The notes beneath the pieces were generated by a model, which saw only the letters and a list, made by a program, of their open reading frames with translations, was not told the DNA's origin and did no database searches. A stretch of DNA of 64,000 nucleotides from an uncultured Candidatus Binatia bacterium (lineage in GTDB: Bacteria > Desulfobacterota > Binatia > Bin18): assembly GCA_965214605.1 (NCBI GenBank), contig OZ243961.1:2976001-3040000 (forward strand). The letters are read 5' to 3'. The translations under genes were made by a program, and so were the position numbers. Shown in pieces: positions 1-10,330 of the stretch (position 1 is the first letter of the stretch; each line of letters opens with the position of its first letter).

Positions 1-2282
1 CAGTACGGGGAGTGTGACAAGAAATCTTGGACCGCTCGGCGTAAGGCCCCACTGCCAAAGCCGTGGACGACGCGGACCGACGACTGGCGGTTCAACATGG
101 CTTGGTCCAAAAACTCGGCCAAACGGGACAGGGCTTCATGCACCCGTAAACCCAGCAGGTTGACTTCTGGCTGAACGCTGCCTGCCCGTTTGACATTGAC
201 ATGGATCGTGCGCTGACGGTTGACCTTGCCGGCCTTGCGCACCTTGTTCAGCGCCATTTCAAAGGTGATCCCGCCACTCTGAATCCGGGCCCGCTGTCCA
301 CTCAGGGCGATCAGCTCCCCCCGGATTTTGCCGTTCTGGGTTTCCACCTGATCGCCGATCTGGGGCGGTGTCAAGCTGTTGTTCGCGGTCGGTCGCTGGG
401 CGCGTTCTTTGCTCGCAATGGCGCTGCGTTGCTCGTCTAAGAACTGGCTTAAGGCCCGCTGGGCCTTGTGACGCTCGGCCTGTGGGCCAGCCACCCGACG
501 GCGTAGGTCGGCGACCAAGGCGCGTCCTTCTTCACGCAGATTGCGCACCAGGGCCTTGGCCTCGGCCAGCTCGTCCTGCCAGATACGGCGTCTGTGCTCC
601 TCAGCCTCGGCCAGCAAGGCTTGGCGTTTTTTGCGCAGGGCGGCCGCTTTCTTCCACTCCTCGGCCACCTGGACGCGCTCCTTGTCCAGCCCGGCCTGTG
701 CGATTTCGAGCTTGCTCATGGCCTCAGACAGTTGGCGCACTTCGGGCGACAAGGACGCCTCGGCTGCGTGACACACGTCCTCGGACAGACCCAGCCGCCG
801 GGCCATCGGCAGACCAAGACTCTGGCCGACGGTGTCGTAGTCTAGGGCATAGTGCGGGGTGAGTGTTTCCAGGTCAAAGTTGACCGACGCGACTTGATAG
901 GCCTCATCGGCTACGGCAAAAAGTTTGAGCGGTGTCAGATGGGTCGAAGCAGCAACAAAGATGCCCCGTTCTTTGAGGTGACTGAGCAAACCACAGGCCA
1001 GCGCGCCGCCCTCAATCGGGTCAGTGCCGGCGCCCGGTTCATCAAATACGATGAGGGCGGGCGGCAGAGCGTCTTGTAAGATCTCCGACACATTGTTGAT
1101 ATGGGCAGAAAACGTCGACAGGCTTTGCTCTAGCGACTGTTCGTCACCGATATCGCTAAACACCCCGCGCAAGAAGGGCAGTTGGCTCTCTTCTTCGGCC
1201 GGAATGAGCAGTCCACTGTGAACCATCAGACATAACAGGCCGAGGGTTTTGAGGGCAGCGGTCTTTCCACCTGTGTTGGGACCGGTGATGATCAGGCCCA
1301 GTTTGCCCTCGGGGATAGACAGATCGATCGGCACGACCGGCTGACCCGAGGCCAACAGCAGTGGGTGACGGGCTTTGTTCAGCCGAAATGTCGCGGCGCC
1401 AAAGCTCGGCTTACTCCCGCCCTGCTTGCGGGCCAAAACGACCTTGGCATGCAACACGTCGACCTCGGTCAGGGTGCTGAAGAGACACTCCAGTTGGGGT
1501 AACTTCTGGCTGACCAGTTCTGTCAACCAGGCTAGCAGACGGTGCTCTTCGGCCTCCACCTCTTTACCGGCTACGGTGAGACGGTTGTTGAGGGCGACCG
1601 CGAACAGCGGCTCGATAAAAACCGTCTCGCCCGACCCGGAACGGTCTTGCACAACCCCTTGGAGTCGGGTGTGAAAATTGGTCCGAACCGGAATGACAAA
1701 GCGATTGTTCCGAATCGTAATATACTGATCGGCAATCACGTCTTTGAGCTGGGACGAACGTAGCTGGGCGCGGAGGCGGCGCTCGATCTCATCCCGCAGG
1801 GTTCGCACGCTGCGGCGTAGGGCGCGCAGGGTCGGACTGGCCTCATCCTTCAGCTGACCGCTGTCGTCTAGGCAGCGCCTGAGCGTATTTTCCAGAGCCG
1901 GCAACCGCGGCAGGCGGGCCGGCAGGTCGGCTAGCAACGGTGCCTGTTTGGTATGACGCTGAAAAAATTGCGCCAGCTGGTGTGACACGGCAAGCGTGGT
2001 TTGGATCTCAAGGAGGCGTGGCCCCTCAAGAACCGCCCCGGCATGGCCAGCCGCTTGCAGGGCTGGTCGGATATCCGCAAACTCGCGCAGGGGCAGGCTG
2101 AGCTGCTCTTCGAGCAGGCGGAAAAACTGCCAGGTTTGCTCACTCTTTTTTTCGATTTGCTCTGGATCTGTGGCGGGACGAATCGCCGCACACGCTTCTC
2201 GGCCGGACGCGGACACCGCGCAGTCGGCCAGCAATTGGAGCAGGGTGTGAAACTCAAGGGCGTGGAGGTCTTTTTCTCGCAT
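1..2282 (-). CDS. mutS2: Endonuclease MutS2 with C-terminal Smr domain (3' end runs off the window)
   Basis: Manual translation from ATG at 2282 (MREKDLHALEFHTLLQLLAD); Walker A ITGPNTGGKT near 1260-1290; Smr-type VVHGFGSGALRRAV near 30-75. Absent from the ORF track because no stop lies inside the window. Confidence 0.93.
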   Translation of the reverse strand, partial: MREKDLHALEFHTLLQLLADCAVSASGREACAAIRPATDPEQIEKKSEQTWQFFRLLEEQLSLPLREFADIRPALQAAGHAGAVLEGPRLLEIQTTLAVSHQLAQFFQRHTKQAPLLADLPARLPRLPALENTLRRCLDDSGQLKDEASPTLRALRRSVRTLRDEIERRLRAQLRSSQLKDVIADQYITIRNNRFVIPVRTNFHTRLQGVVQDRSGSGETVFIEPLFAVALNNRLTVAGKEVEAEEHRLLAWLTELVSQKLPQLECLFSTLTEVDVLHAKVVLARKQGGSKPSFGAATFRLNKARHPLLLASGQPVVPIDLSIPEGKLGLIITGPNTGGKTAALKTLGLLCLMVHSGLLIPAEEESQLPFLRGVFSDIGDEQSLEQSLSTFSAHINNVSEILQDALPPALIVFDEPGAGTDPIEGGALACGLLSHLKERGIFVAASTHLTPLKLFAVADEAYQVASVNFDLETLTPHYALDYDTVGQSLGLPMARRLGLSEDVCHAAEASLSPEVRQLSEAMSKLEIAQAGLDKERVQVAEEWKKAAALRKKRQALLAEAEEHRRRIWQDELAEAKALVRNLREEGRALVADLRRRVAGPQAERHKAQRALSQFLDEQRSAIASKERAQRPTANNSLTPPQIGDQVETQNGKIRGELIALSGQRARIQSGGITFEMALNKVRKAGKVNRQRTIHVNVKRAGSVQPEVNLLGLRVHEALSRLAEFLDQAMLNRQSSVRVVHGFGSGALRRAVQDFLSHSPY

Positions 2283-2358
2283 GAAAACTGTCAACCCTAG
2301 AAGAGGACGGCTGGGAGCGTTGGGCGTCAGAGGCCGTGGTCCTGGGAAATGCGCGAGA

Positions 2359-3552
2359 CTAGGGCACGAACGACACTTTAACCGCCCCTGAGTTTTTTTT
2401 TCTGGCCGCTTGACCGAGTGCCCGCCGGTACTCGTTAAGCGGATATTTGCGGGGGTGAATTGGGGTCAGATCTGCCCGGCGACGGGCAACAAATTCAATC
2501 GCCCGTGCAAAGGTGTCGGCGCGTTTGCCCTGAAAGACCTCGGTTCCATATGTGAGGCTACCGACGATGGACACCTCTTTCATCCACACCGGGGTCCAGT
2601 CTACGCCCTGGGGTAGTGCCGCTAGGCCGAGAACGACCAGGCTGCCTTTGCCACGCACCATACGTAGGGCCTGATTTAGAGTGAGTGAGCTGGTGACGGT
2701 ATCGTAGACGAGTCGCACGCCGCCGGACAGGATCGCTCCACCACCCGACAGCTTGTGGACCGTGGTGTCGGCCAGGGCACCGACCCGTTCCATCACATCA
2801 TCCTTCTGGGCATCAATAATCTCGTCCGCTCCTAGGGCGCCGGCCAACTCGGCTTGGAAGGGATACTTAGCGATACACGCAATCCGACAGCTCGGCTCAA
2901 CCGCCCGGAGGGCTGCAATATTCATCAGTCCAATCGTCCCGGCCCCAATGACCACGACGAGCTCTCGTTTGTGGGGCGGGTTGTTCAGCACGGCCCGCAG
3001 GCAGACCGAGAACGGTTCAAGCAGGGAGGCTTCGTCGTCTCCGATTGTATCCGGTACCGGAAAGAGACGACGGCTATGGGCCACGAAATATTCTCCCCAG
3101 CCACCGCCGGTGTCCGGGCAGGTGCCGATGAGAATACCGGGTTTGAGACACCCCTCGGCCAGATGTTCGCAGATCCCGGGATTCCCGTCCTTGCACTGCG
3201 GACACTGCTTTCTGAAGCCCCGCTCTCGGCAGCCCAAGCTGGGGTCAATGGACACGCGTTGGCCGGGGTGGAGCGTGGCCACCCGCTTCCCAACGGTTTC
3301 AACCTCGCCGAATAACTCATGGCCGGGGATGATGGGAAGTTGAAAATAGGGTTCGGCCGATGGCATGGACTTCCACTGCAGGAAGCCGAGATCGCTGCCG
3401 CAAATGCCAGCGATTTTGCTTTTGACCACGACCCAGTTATCGTTGGGCAGATCCGGGATTGGGACCTCTGTCAGACTCAGATTGGCCAGGCCGGGCAGGT
3501 AAGCGGGAGCCGCTTTGTGCTGTCGTTCAGCAGAGAAGACAAGGGCTTTCAT
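2359..3552 (-). CDS. Zinc-binding (MDR family) alcohol dehydrogenase
   Basis: GICGSD and GHE catalytic-Zn motifs, structural-Zn Cys cluster, GAGTIG Rossmann motif. Confidence 0.9.
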   Translation of the reverse strand: MKALVFSAERQHKAAPAYLPGLANLSLTEVPIPDLPNDNWVVVKSKIAGICGSDLGFLQWKSMPSAEPYFQLPIIPGHELFGEVETVGKRVATLHPGQRVSIDPSLGCRERGFRKQCPQCKDGNPGICEHLAEGCLKPGILIGTCPDTGGGWGEYFVAHSRRLFPVPDTIGDDEASLLEPFSVCLRAVLNNPPHKRELVVVIGAGTIGLMNIAALRAVEPSCRIACIAKYPFQAELAGALGADEIIDAQKDDVMERVGALADTTVHKLSGGGAILSGGVRLVYDTVTSSLTLNQALRMVRGKGSLVVLGLAALPQGVDWTPVWMKEVSIVGSLTYGTEVFQGKRADTFARAIEFVARRRADLTPIHPRKYPLNEYRRALGQAARKKNSGAVKVSFVP

Positions 3553-3705
3553 ATCGCTCCATTCCCCATGCTGGTGTGTTTAGCGGAAGCGGCGCGATGG
3601 TGCAAGCGAAACGGCTGCGGCCTGATTGCGGCCCGGCCCAATTTTTGTCATCATCGGTTGCAGTCAAAACACCCGCCAACAGGATGCGGAGCAGGGGAGG
3701 ACGCG

Positions 3706-4240
3706 GTGGCACGGCTGAGCGCACAGGAATTTGCCGATCTGTTGACACGTCTGGTTGAGCATCTGGGGCGGTACAGCTTCAGGCCAGGCTCATGAAAGGT
3801 AACGCCCTGGTCTCACGCAAGCGTCCGGTCAAGGCGTCGGTCCTGATCAAGCAGCTGTATCAGTTGAGTGGCGGACTCCGACGCGAGCACGCCGCCCGCT
3901 ATGCGGTCGAAATGTTATGGCAGGAGATGCTGTCGAGCACAATGGATGAGAAGCAGTCAAAAACGCCTGGCCGAACGGGTCAACGCCTGCCTGTTCGAGC
4001 GGCTTGAGGTGCTCCCCGACAAGCAGGCGGATTTGTTGGTCGCACTCGGCGCCTACCACCGGGCGCTGGCCACCTTAAGTACCGACGGAGATTGCGTATT
4101 TAGAGATGCTCCTTCGAGCAACCCCTCGCGTGGCGCACTTTTTGCGCGACCATAAAGCCGGGTTGTCCGGTGTCGTTCCTGTCGGCGAGCCGACCGTTGC
4201 CGTGGGGGCTAAGCTTGTGGCGACCGCTCAGGAGCAGCGT
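3706..4240 (+). pseudogene. Frameshifted hypothetical protein
   Basis: GGGGAGG RBS before GTG at 3706; a protein-like sequence can be stitched across several frames (VARLSAQEFADLL / MKGNALVSRKR / LAERVNACL / EIAYLEMLLRATP). Confidence 0.45.
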
Positions 4241-4241
4241 C

Positions 4242-4835
4242 TTAGCTTGGCTGCTCGACCAGCCCTTTTTTGAGACCCCGCAGGGTCAGGACAAACGCCT
4301 CGCGTAGAGCACTTTTCCGGAGGCCTAAGGGGATCGGCATATGGGTCTTATCCTTAGTTGAGGCCCGGTAGGTCAACAGGGTTTTTTCGCCGTCTGGGGA
4401 CGGTGTTAAAACATATTCTCCACGCAGATCGGTCATCTGATTTTCGACCGTTTCGAGCAGCACCCGATTCTCTTGGGGGAAAAAAGTAAAGGCCAAAGTG
4501 CTCTCCTGGGGGCGTCCCAAGACCTGCATTTCAAACGCGACCACCTTGCGATTACCGTGATGGTGGACAAGCTCAGAGCGGCGGACCGAGTCGCTGAACT
4601 CCTGGCTTCGTTCGGGTTCGGTTAGCGCGCGCATGACCCGTGCCACCGGGGCGTCGAGTCGAGAGGTAAACTCGACCCGCAGGACATCGTCTTGTTGGTC
4701 GAGCGTCTCGCTGAGGATCTCGGCAACCGGTCTGTTCCACTCTGCGGCCGCGCTTTTGGCCTGGTAGTAGCGGACGCTGATGAATCCAACGCCGATCACA
4801 CACAGAGTGAGAATTCCCCACAGCCCCGTTTTCAT
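4242..4835 (-). CDS. SRPBCC/START-like (polyketide cyclase fold) protein with N-terminal membrane anchor
   Basis: 197 aa; hydrophobic N-terminus; LDAPVARVMRALTEPE and GEYVLTPSPDGEKTLLTY patterns typical of SRPBCC. Confidence 0.65.
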   Translation of the reverse strand: MKTGLWGILTLCVIGVGFISVRYYQAKSAAAEWNRPVAEILSETLDQQDDVLRVEFTSRLDAPVARVMRALTEPERSQEFSDSVRRSELVHHHGNRKVVAFEMQVLGRPQESTLAFTFFPQENRVLLETVENQMTDLRGEYVLTPSPDGEKTLLTYRASTKDKTHMPIPLGLRKSALREAFVLTLRGLKKGLVEQPS

Positions 4836-4840
4836 CGCTG

Positions 4841-5239
4841 TTACCGTCTTCTGTGCTGGAGGCGTGTGGGAGCGCTGAAATAGATCGGCTCAGTGCCGCG
4901 CAGGTGATCTGTGCTGAGAATGTAATTGCCCCCCATTGACGGACTCCAGACTCGCTCGGCCACTTCCTTATTCCCCCCGGTCAGGGCATAGGCCATGCCT
5001 CCGGTCAATCCGCCGAGCAGGGCATAGCCTAGTTTTGCCGGGATATATACCACATTGGCGGCGACGGTCGCTGTTCCAATACCGGCATCTTTGAGGTACT
5101 GGGATTCGTTTGCACCCGCTGGCGCCGTTCCCAAGTCGGCCTCTTCAAAGTACTGGGATTGTGCGCCCGCCAGATCCGGCCAGGCCAACAGCCCTATAAC
5201 GATTCCGCTACAAACGCAGCGTCGTAGCGTCTTCCTCAT
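4841..5239 (-). CDS. Secreted/membrane hypothetical protein
   Basis: 132 aa; signal-peptide-like N-terminus; GAGGAGG RBS; packed between cinA-like and SRPBCC genes. Confidence 0.7.
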   Translation of the reverse strand: MRKTLRRCVCSGIVIGLLAWPDLAGAQSQYFEEADLGTAPAGANESQYLKDAGIGTATVAANVVYIPAKLGYALLGGLTGGMAYALTGGNKEVAERVWSPSMGGNYILSTDHLRGTEPIYFSAPTRLQHRRR

Positions 5240-5251
5240 GTGTTCCTCCTC

Positions 5252-6001
5252 TCATCCTTCTGTCCTCACCACACAATCCGGAGGTAAGACGTTCATTAAA
5301 TGGTCAAAGGCTCGCTCAACATAAGTTTGGTCTTTGGACTCAAGCGTGACTTTGACCCGATAGTCTGGATCGTTGATTTTTGGATAGGAGCCCAAGAGCA
5401 GATCGGGATAGTGCTCAAGGGTGTCGTTCAGGGATGCCGCGATATTGCTCTCATAGGTATTGGTGTAGATGATTTTGAGATAATAGGGACTCGTTGTAAA
5501 GCGGTCTTTGAGGGCCAGGAATTTCTGCCGTAAGATTTCTGGAATACCGGGCAGGATATAGACATTTTCGATCTTGACGGTTGGAAAACGCAGGTTGTCC
5601 TCTGAGAGCAGCTCCGCGCCTTCCGGAACGTCGGCCATACGCATATAGGCGGCGTTGGGCGTGCGTTTGATCGCGTATTCGAGCAGCTTACTCTCCAAGA
5701 CCGGATGGCGGATGATCTGTCGGCCTAAACCGCTGGCAATCCCTTCCATTGTGATGTCATCGTGGGTTGGACCGATCCCGCCCGAGGTAAAGACGAGGTC
5801 AAACTGCTGGTGGAAGTCACGCACGGTAGCGGCGATCAGATCTAGTTCATCCGGAATGACAACCACTCGACGGAGGCTCACGCCAATCTTGCGAAGCTCC
5901 TGAGCCAGAAAGGTCGAATTGGAATCGGTCGTCTTACCGGACAAGATCTCATTGCCGATGATAACAATGCCCGCAGTGAATTCTTGCCGCGCTTCTTGCA
6001 C
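5252..6001 (-). CDS. CinA N-terminal-like / molybdopterin-binding domain protein
   Basis: IIGNEILSGKTTDSN, TSGGIGPTHDDIT and LPGIP motifs. Confidence 0.9.
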   Translation of the reverse strand: MQEARQEFTAGIVIIGNEILSGKTTDSNSTFLAQELRKIGVSLRRVVVIPDELDLIAATVRDFHQQFDLVFTSGGIGPTHDDITMEGIASGLGRQIIRHPVLESKLLEYAIKRTPNAAYMRMADVPEGAELLSEDNLRFPTVKIENVYILPGIPEILRQKFLALKDRFTTSPYYLKIIYTNTYESNIAASLNDTLEHYPDLLLGSYPKINDPDYRVKVTLESKDQTYVERAFDHLMNVLPPDCVVRTEG

Positions 6002-6007
6002 AGGAGC

Positions 6008-6037
6008 ACTATAGCCTTATTGGGGGGCTAAGGGCAA
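6008..6037 (-). promoter_or_regulatory. Candidate sigma70-type promoter TTGCCC-N18-TATAGT, possibly giving a leaderless mRNA
   Basis: The -10 hexamer TATAGT ends 6 nt upstream of the GTG start at 6001, with no room for an RBS. Confidence 0.35.
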
Positions 6038-6089
6038 GATTGAGCCAGGCCCAAGGGGCGGGTCCCTATTGAAGGAGGCGAATTCAGAG

Positions 6090-7115
6090 TCAGCGAGGGT
6101 CGGCAAAGGCGACATCTAGATCGTCCAGAGCTGTGAGCTCCCGGCTGAGATAGGCTTTGAGCTTTTTTTTCAAACGACTCTCCAGCTGTCGGACCCGCTC
6201 TCTGCTAATGCCGTATTGATCGCCGATTTCTTGGAGGGTGAGGGGCTCTTCGGCCAATAAGCGCTCAGAAAAGATGAGGGCATCCTTGCCTTCGAGAGTC
6301 TGGGCGAAGGTGTCCATTTTCTCCCTTACCAAGGCCCGATACTCAATAGCCGAGACCTCTTCCTCCACGGTGGCGTGGGGGTCGGCCAGAAAATCAAGCA
6401 TGGTCGAAGACTCGTCTTGAGTGTCAATCGGGGTATCGACAGACAGGTCTCGGGACGACAGCCGTTGCTGCATCTCGACCACTTCTTCTTCCTTGACGCC
6501 GAGATTCTGGGCCAGGAGTTTGGGGCCGGGCGAGAAGCCCTCGGCCTCAAGCCGCTTTCTTTCTCGTTCGAGATTAAAGAAGAGTTTGCGCTGGGCCTGG
6601 GTGGTACCAATTTTGACCATCCGCCAGTTGTTCATGACATACCGGATGATATAGGCTCGGATCCACCACACGGCGTAAGAGGGGAAACGCACGCCACGGT
6701 AAGGATCGAAATTGCGCACTGCCTCCATGAGGCCGACATTGCCCTCCTGGATTAAGTCGAGCAGGTTGCGGAAAGCCCGCTGGTAGTTGCGGGCGATCAT
6801 CACGACGAGGCGCAGGTTGGCGGTGACAAGGCGGTAGGCCGCCCGAACGTCGCCGTACTCCTTGTAGCGGACGGCAAGTTCGTGCTCCTCTTCCGGACTG
6901 AGCAGCGGATAGCGGCGAATCTCCAGCATATAACGGTTCAGCGTATCGGTTGGGACTAGCGCTGTGTCGGCGTCCAAGTCGACCTCGGATGAGACTGAGG
7001 GAGCCAAAAGCGTGATGTCGGAGCTTTGGGGCGCGTCGAAAAGCTCCTGGTCCTTGGACGGTGAAGGGGCGGATGGGCCGACTTCGACCGCTGTGTTGTC
7101 AAGTTTGTGGGGCAT
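6090..7115 (-). CDS. rpoH: RNA polymerase sigma factor, sigma-32 (RpoH) family
   Basis: DLIQEGNVGLMEAVRNFDP (region 2), RpoH box QRKLFFNL, region 4 TLQEIGDQYGISRERVRQLE; start 7115 preferred over 7199, which overlaps rpoZ. Confidence 0.9.
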   Translation of the reverse strand: MPHKLDNTAVEVGPSAPSPSKDQELFDAPQSSDITLLAPSVSSEVDLDADTALVPTDTLNRYMLEIRRYPLLSPEEEHELAVRYKEYGDVRAAYRLVTANLRLVVMIARNYQRAFRNLLDLIQEGNVGLMEAVRNFDPYRGVRFPSYAVWWIRAYIIRYVMNNWRMVKIGTTQAQRKLFFNLERERKRLEAEGFSPGPKLLAQNLGVKEEEVVEMQQRLSSRDLSVDTPIDTQDESSTMLDFLADPHATVEEEVSAIEYRALVREKMDTFAQTLEGKDALIFSERLLAEEPLTLQEIGDQYGISRERVRQLESRLKKKLKAYLSRELTALDDLDVAFADPR

Positions 7116-7152
7116 GGTGCTACAGCCTATTGAGGCTTGTTGGAGGGGAGGC

Positions 7153-7356
7153 CTATTCGGATTCTTGGGGCATTTTTTTCCAGACTTTTCCGGTCGCAAT
7201 CTCGCGCAGCGCGGTGACGATTTCCTTATTGTCAGGGGAGGCCACTAGGGGCAACGTCCCTTTCAGGAGTTCTTTGGCCCGTTGGGCTGCTACGACGACC
7301 AATTCAAAGCGGTTGGGAATTTTGTACAGACAGTCTTCAACGGTAATCCGGGCCAT
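7153..7356 (-). CDS. rpoZ: RNA polymerase omega subunit
   Basis: [10 protein letters not shown]...[16 protein letters not shown]...ALREIA. Confidence 0.95.
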   Translation of the reverse strand: MARITVEDCLYKIPNRFELVVVAAQRAKELLKGTLPLVASPDNKEIVTALREIATGKVWKKMPQESE

Positions 7357-7535
7357 GGCTCTTCCTCCTCAACGGACGCGTATTCATACATAGCGAAAAG
7401 AAGCTGGGAAAGAAACCTCTGTCGCTCGTACGAGACCCAAGCGCGCTCCGGACCGACCTTGACAAGCCGCCAACGACACGCTACTTCCGGTCCCCTAAAG
7501 GGCTCCCCACCGGCTCGGAAAATCTGGAGAAAGCC

Positions 7536-8006
7536 ATGGGTTTTTGGGAACGTCTCATTGGATCAGACTCCATGCAGAGTAAAGACACGCGAGATCTTGT
7601 GTCGGATCTGCTACTCAGCTGCACCGAAGAGCAGCAGCTCGCCCAGCAGGTGCGCGAGCATGCCAAGCGCGCTCCCCACCGCGCCGGGGCCCAACAGCTC
7701 CAAGCGGTTGCCGAACAACAGGACCGAGTCGTCCAGCTTCTTGAGGACGCCCTGAGTGCGCTGGGCGAGACAGTCAGCCCTGAACCAAAACCTGCCACAG
7801 GCGGCCAGAACCACTGGACTCGAGTTGTCCACGATCTTGCAGATAATCAGGCACTTATGAAACGCTATGGCGAGCAGCTGGCCTATTGGGATCCAGAGAT
7901 GCCCGACATAGTTGAGCTCTTTCGGACCCTGGAACGGGACAAGAGCCAGATCGGCGCTGCGCTACGCGATATTGCGCTGCGAGCTGACCCCCACGCCCTA
8001 GATTAG
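7536..8006 (+). CDS. Hypothetical protein, possibly ferritin-like four-helix bundle
   Basis: 156 aa helical ORF with GGAGA RBS; fold assignment is a guess. Confidence 0.55.
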   Translation: MGFWERLIGSDSMQSKDTRDLVSDLLLSCTEEQQLAQQVREHAKRAPHRAGAQQLQAVAEQQDRVVQLLEDALSALGETVSPEPKPATGGQNHWTRVVHDLADNQALMKRYGEQLAYWDPEMPDIVELFRTLERDKSQIGAALRDIALRADPHALD

Positions 8007-8066
8007 CTGGCCGAGCTGCGGGTTCCACTCTACTACTACACGAAGGAAGTGGTGCCTGCGCGTCTC

Positions 8067-8756
8067 TTATTCCTCTTCATCCCCTATCTGTAGGTCGCCG
8101 GGATAACGGCGTGGAGCAAAATGCCCCTGGACAGAGGCCGCAGAGGGGGGGGACCAGGCTTGACCTCCCTGTCCATGACGGGCCGCGCCTTGCCCACGGG
8201 AGCGAGGGTGGTGGGCGGGGTCGCGTTGGTCACGTCGCCACTGTTTTTGTCGGTCTTGCCCGCCGGAGGCGGGTTTGAGGCGATTGCTGACAAAACCGAT
8301 CCGTTCCTCAAGGCGACGCAGAGTGGCGGTCATTGGCGACAGGTGTTCTGTCAGGTTACGTCGGATGAGGTCGGCGACAACCGGTAAGAAGGTTTCTGGC
8401 GGTTCTTCAGGACTGTCGCCATTGTTCGCCGCTCGGTTGGTCTGCTCGTGGGCCTCGTGCTGCATTGCCTCTAGCCGGTCCTTCATGGACTGCCATTCTG
8501 CCTGCATGGTTTGCAGCTGTGTGTGGAGGATGGACACACTTGCGGTGATTTTTTCTTCCAACGCGTCTACCCGGGTCATGAGTTGAGCGAACGACTGTTC
8601 GAGAGCAGGCGCCACCGCTGGGCTCAGCTTCGTTGCGGTGGACCGTTTCGTCGTCCGACTGCGTGGTTTTGCCGCGGCGGCTGCTGTTTTTGTTGAGCTT
8701 GCGGTTTTGCTTGTGGATTTTCCACGCTTTGGTGTCGAATCGGCAGCTTTTGCCAT
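8067..8756 (-). CDS. Hypothetical protein with K/T/A-rich N-terminal tail and coiled coil
   Basis: 229 aa; AAGGAG RBS; low-complexity basic N-terminus. Confidence 0.65.
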   Translation of the reverse strand: MAKAADSTPKRGKSTSKTASSTKTAAAAAKPRSRTTKRSTATKLSPAVAPALEQSFAQLMTRVDALEEKITASVSILHTQLQTMQAEWQSMKDRLEAMQHEAHEQTNRAANNGDSPEEPPETFLPVVADLIRRNLTEHLSPMTATLRRLEERIGFVSNRLKPASGGQDRQKQWRRDQRDPAHHPRSRGQGAARHGQGGQAWSPPSAASVQGHFAPRRYPGDLQIGDEEE

Positions 8757-8858
8757 GACACTCCTTTCTCGGCCTGAAACGCTACATGGAGACGCTTCAG
8801 GGTGACGGACCGGCGGTCTGCAAATGGCCGGGGCACACAGTCCGGAGCAGCGAGCCGC

Positions 8859-9071
8859 TTAGAGCAGGCCGGTCGTATACTCCAATAATTCTCCCAACTT
8901 CCGAATTTTACTTGCCCGCACCGGCCACTCTTCTTCAGGAGCGGACGTAAATTCTTCGAGTTGATCGTGCAAACTCTGTTCAATAAGCGTAAGACAGCTA
9001 CTGAGCGCCAGGTGTTCTTGGCGTCGGTGCCGGGCTTGGCGAAGGCTGCGTATGGAGATGATTTCCGCCAT
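8859..9071 (-). CDS. Small hypothetical protein
   Basis: 70 aa (MAEIISIRSLRQ...) directly downstream of the trmJ-like gene. Confidence 0.6.
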   Translation of the reverse strand: MAEIISIRSLRQARHRRQEHLALSSCLTLIEQSLHDQLEEFTSAPEEEWPVRASKIRKLGELLEYTTGLL

Positions 9072-9086
9072 GCTGTGTCTTGTGTT

Positions 9087-9926
9087 CTAGGTACGGGCTT
9101 GACCGTGTTTCGGCCCCTCTTCTTTGTCCTCTGACTGCGTGTCGCTTGCTGGGGGTTCCAAGGGCTGTAACCTCCAGCCGCGCGTGGCATACCAGCGGAT
9201 CTGGTGCGCCAGACCCAGAAGAATACGAACGTCGCGGTCTTCCAGCCCCGCCCGTCCGAGCATGCGTCGGAGCGCCAACATGATGTGGTCTGGGTTATCG
9301 CGGTGCAGGAACCCAACTGTGAGGAGTGCCTGCTGCAACTTGTCGTACATGAACTCTTGACGTTCTGCAAGCGCAAGTTCACGTCCTGTTGCGCGGCTGG
9401 GCTCAGCTCGATCGGCGGGGGGGCTCTTGGCTACGGCGTCCTGGCTGGCCAGAAAGATTTCATAGCAACAGACGAGTACGGCCTGGGCGACGTTGAGCGA
9501 GCGAAAGTGGGCTGCGGTTGGGATGGTTACTAGGCCGTGGCAGTAGCGTAGGTCGGTGTTGGTCAGGCCCGTATCCTCGGGACCAAACACCAGGGCGCTG
9601 CGATTCAGGTCCAAAGTGGACACAAACTCGGCCGCCAGACTGCGTGGCGAGCGGCTCTCCTCACGGTAGAGCCCTGGGCGACAGGTGGTGCCGATAACCC
9701 GCCGACAATCGGCGCTGGCTTCGCGCAGGGACGGGTAGATACGCAGCCGGTCCAGCACGCCTTGGGCGTGGACCGCCATGGTGTCCGCCTCATGCCGGCA
9801 AAATGCGGTCGGCCCAACGAGACGTAGGTCCTGAACTCCAAAGTTGTCCATGGCGCGGGCCACCGCGCCAATATTGCCCGAATATTTCGGGCGAACGAGA
9901 ATGATGCACAGCCTGGTCAAGCTCAT
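9087..9926 (-). CDS. trmJ: SPOUT RNA methyltransferase, TrmJ/LasT family
   Basis: GNIGAVARAMDNFG, LVFGPEDTGL and SLNVAQAV motifs. Confidence 0.88.
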   Translation of the reverse strand: MSLTRLCIILVRPKYSGNIGAVARAMDNFGVQDLRLVGPTAFCRHEADTMAVHAQGVLDRLRIYPSLREASADCRRVIGTTCRPGLYREESRSPRSLAAEFVSTLDLNRSALVFGPEDTGLTNTDLRYCHGLVTIPTAAHFRSLNVAQAVLVCCYEIFLASQDAVAKSPPADRAEPSRATGRELALAERQEFMYDKLQQALLTVGFLHRDNPDHIMLALRRMLGRAGLEDRDVRILLGLAHQIRWYATRGWRLQPLEPPASDTQSEDKEEGPKHGQART

Positions 9927-10012
9927 AGGCGAGGTCTCACGCAAGCGGCGAGGCGGACAAAAAAGAGTCGTGCGGAAAACAGCGGGGCCTCTCTTCCGCT
10001 TGGAGCGGGTGG

Positions 10013-10330
10013 CTAGCGCTTTGCAGCCGCTGTCTGAGCCGCGCGTTCGGCTTTACGGCCCTGCTCAAACCAGCGCCTAATCGTTTTGCGTTCCAGGTAG
10101 CGACCCTTGTGGCGGCGGCGGTTTTCCCTGTGAACAATATCGGCCTCAAGCAGTTCTTCGAGATAGCGATGGAGGGGATACGTCGTGTCTCCTTCGCCCA
10201 TGTCCTGGAGCAGCTTACGGAGCCGCTCAAGCCACTCGCCGTCAAGCTGGAGTTCAACACGCAGCGGGCGTCCGATGGCAAGTACTCTGGAGCGAATCGG
10301 CTTCTGCACGGATTTAGTACTCTGTTTCAC
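10013..10330 (-). CDS. Basic hypothetical protein
   Basis: 105 aa ORF, same strand as and upstream of trmJ. Confidence 0.55.
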   Translation of the reverse strand: MKQSTKSVQKPIRSRVLAIGRPLRVELQLDGEWLERLRKLLQDMGEGDTTYPLHRYLEELLEADIVHRENRRRHKGRYLERKTIRRWFEQGRKAERAAQTAAAKR

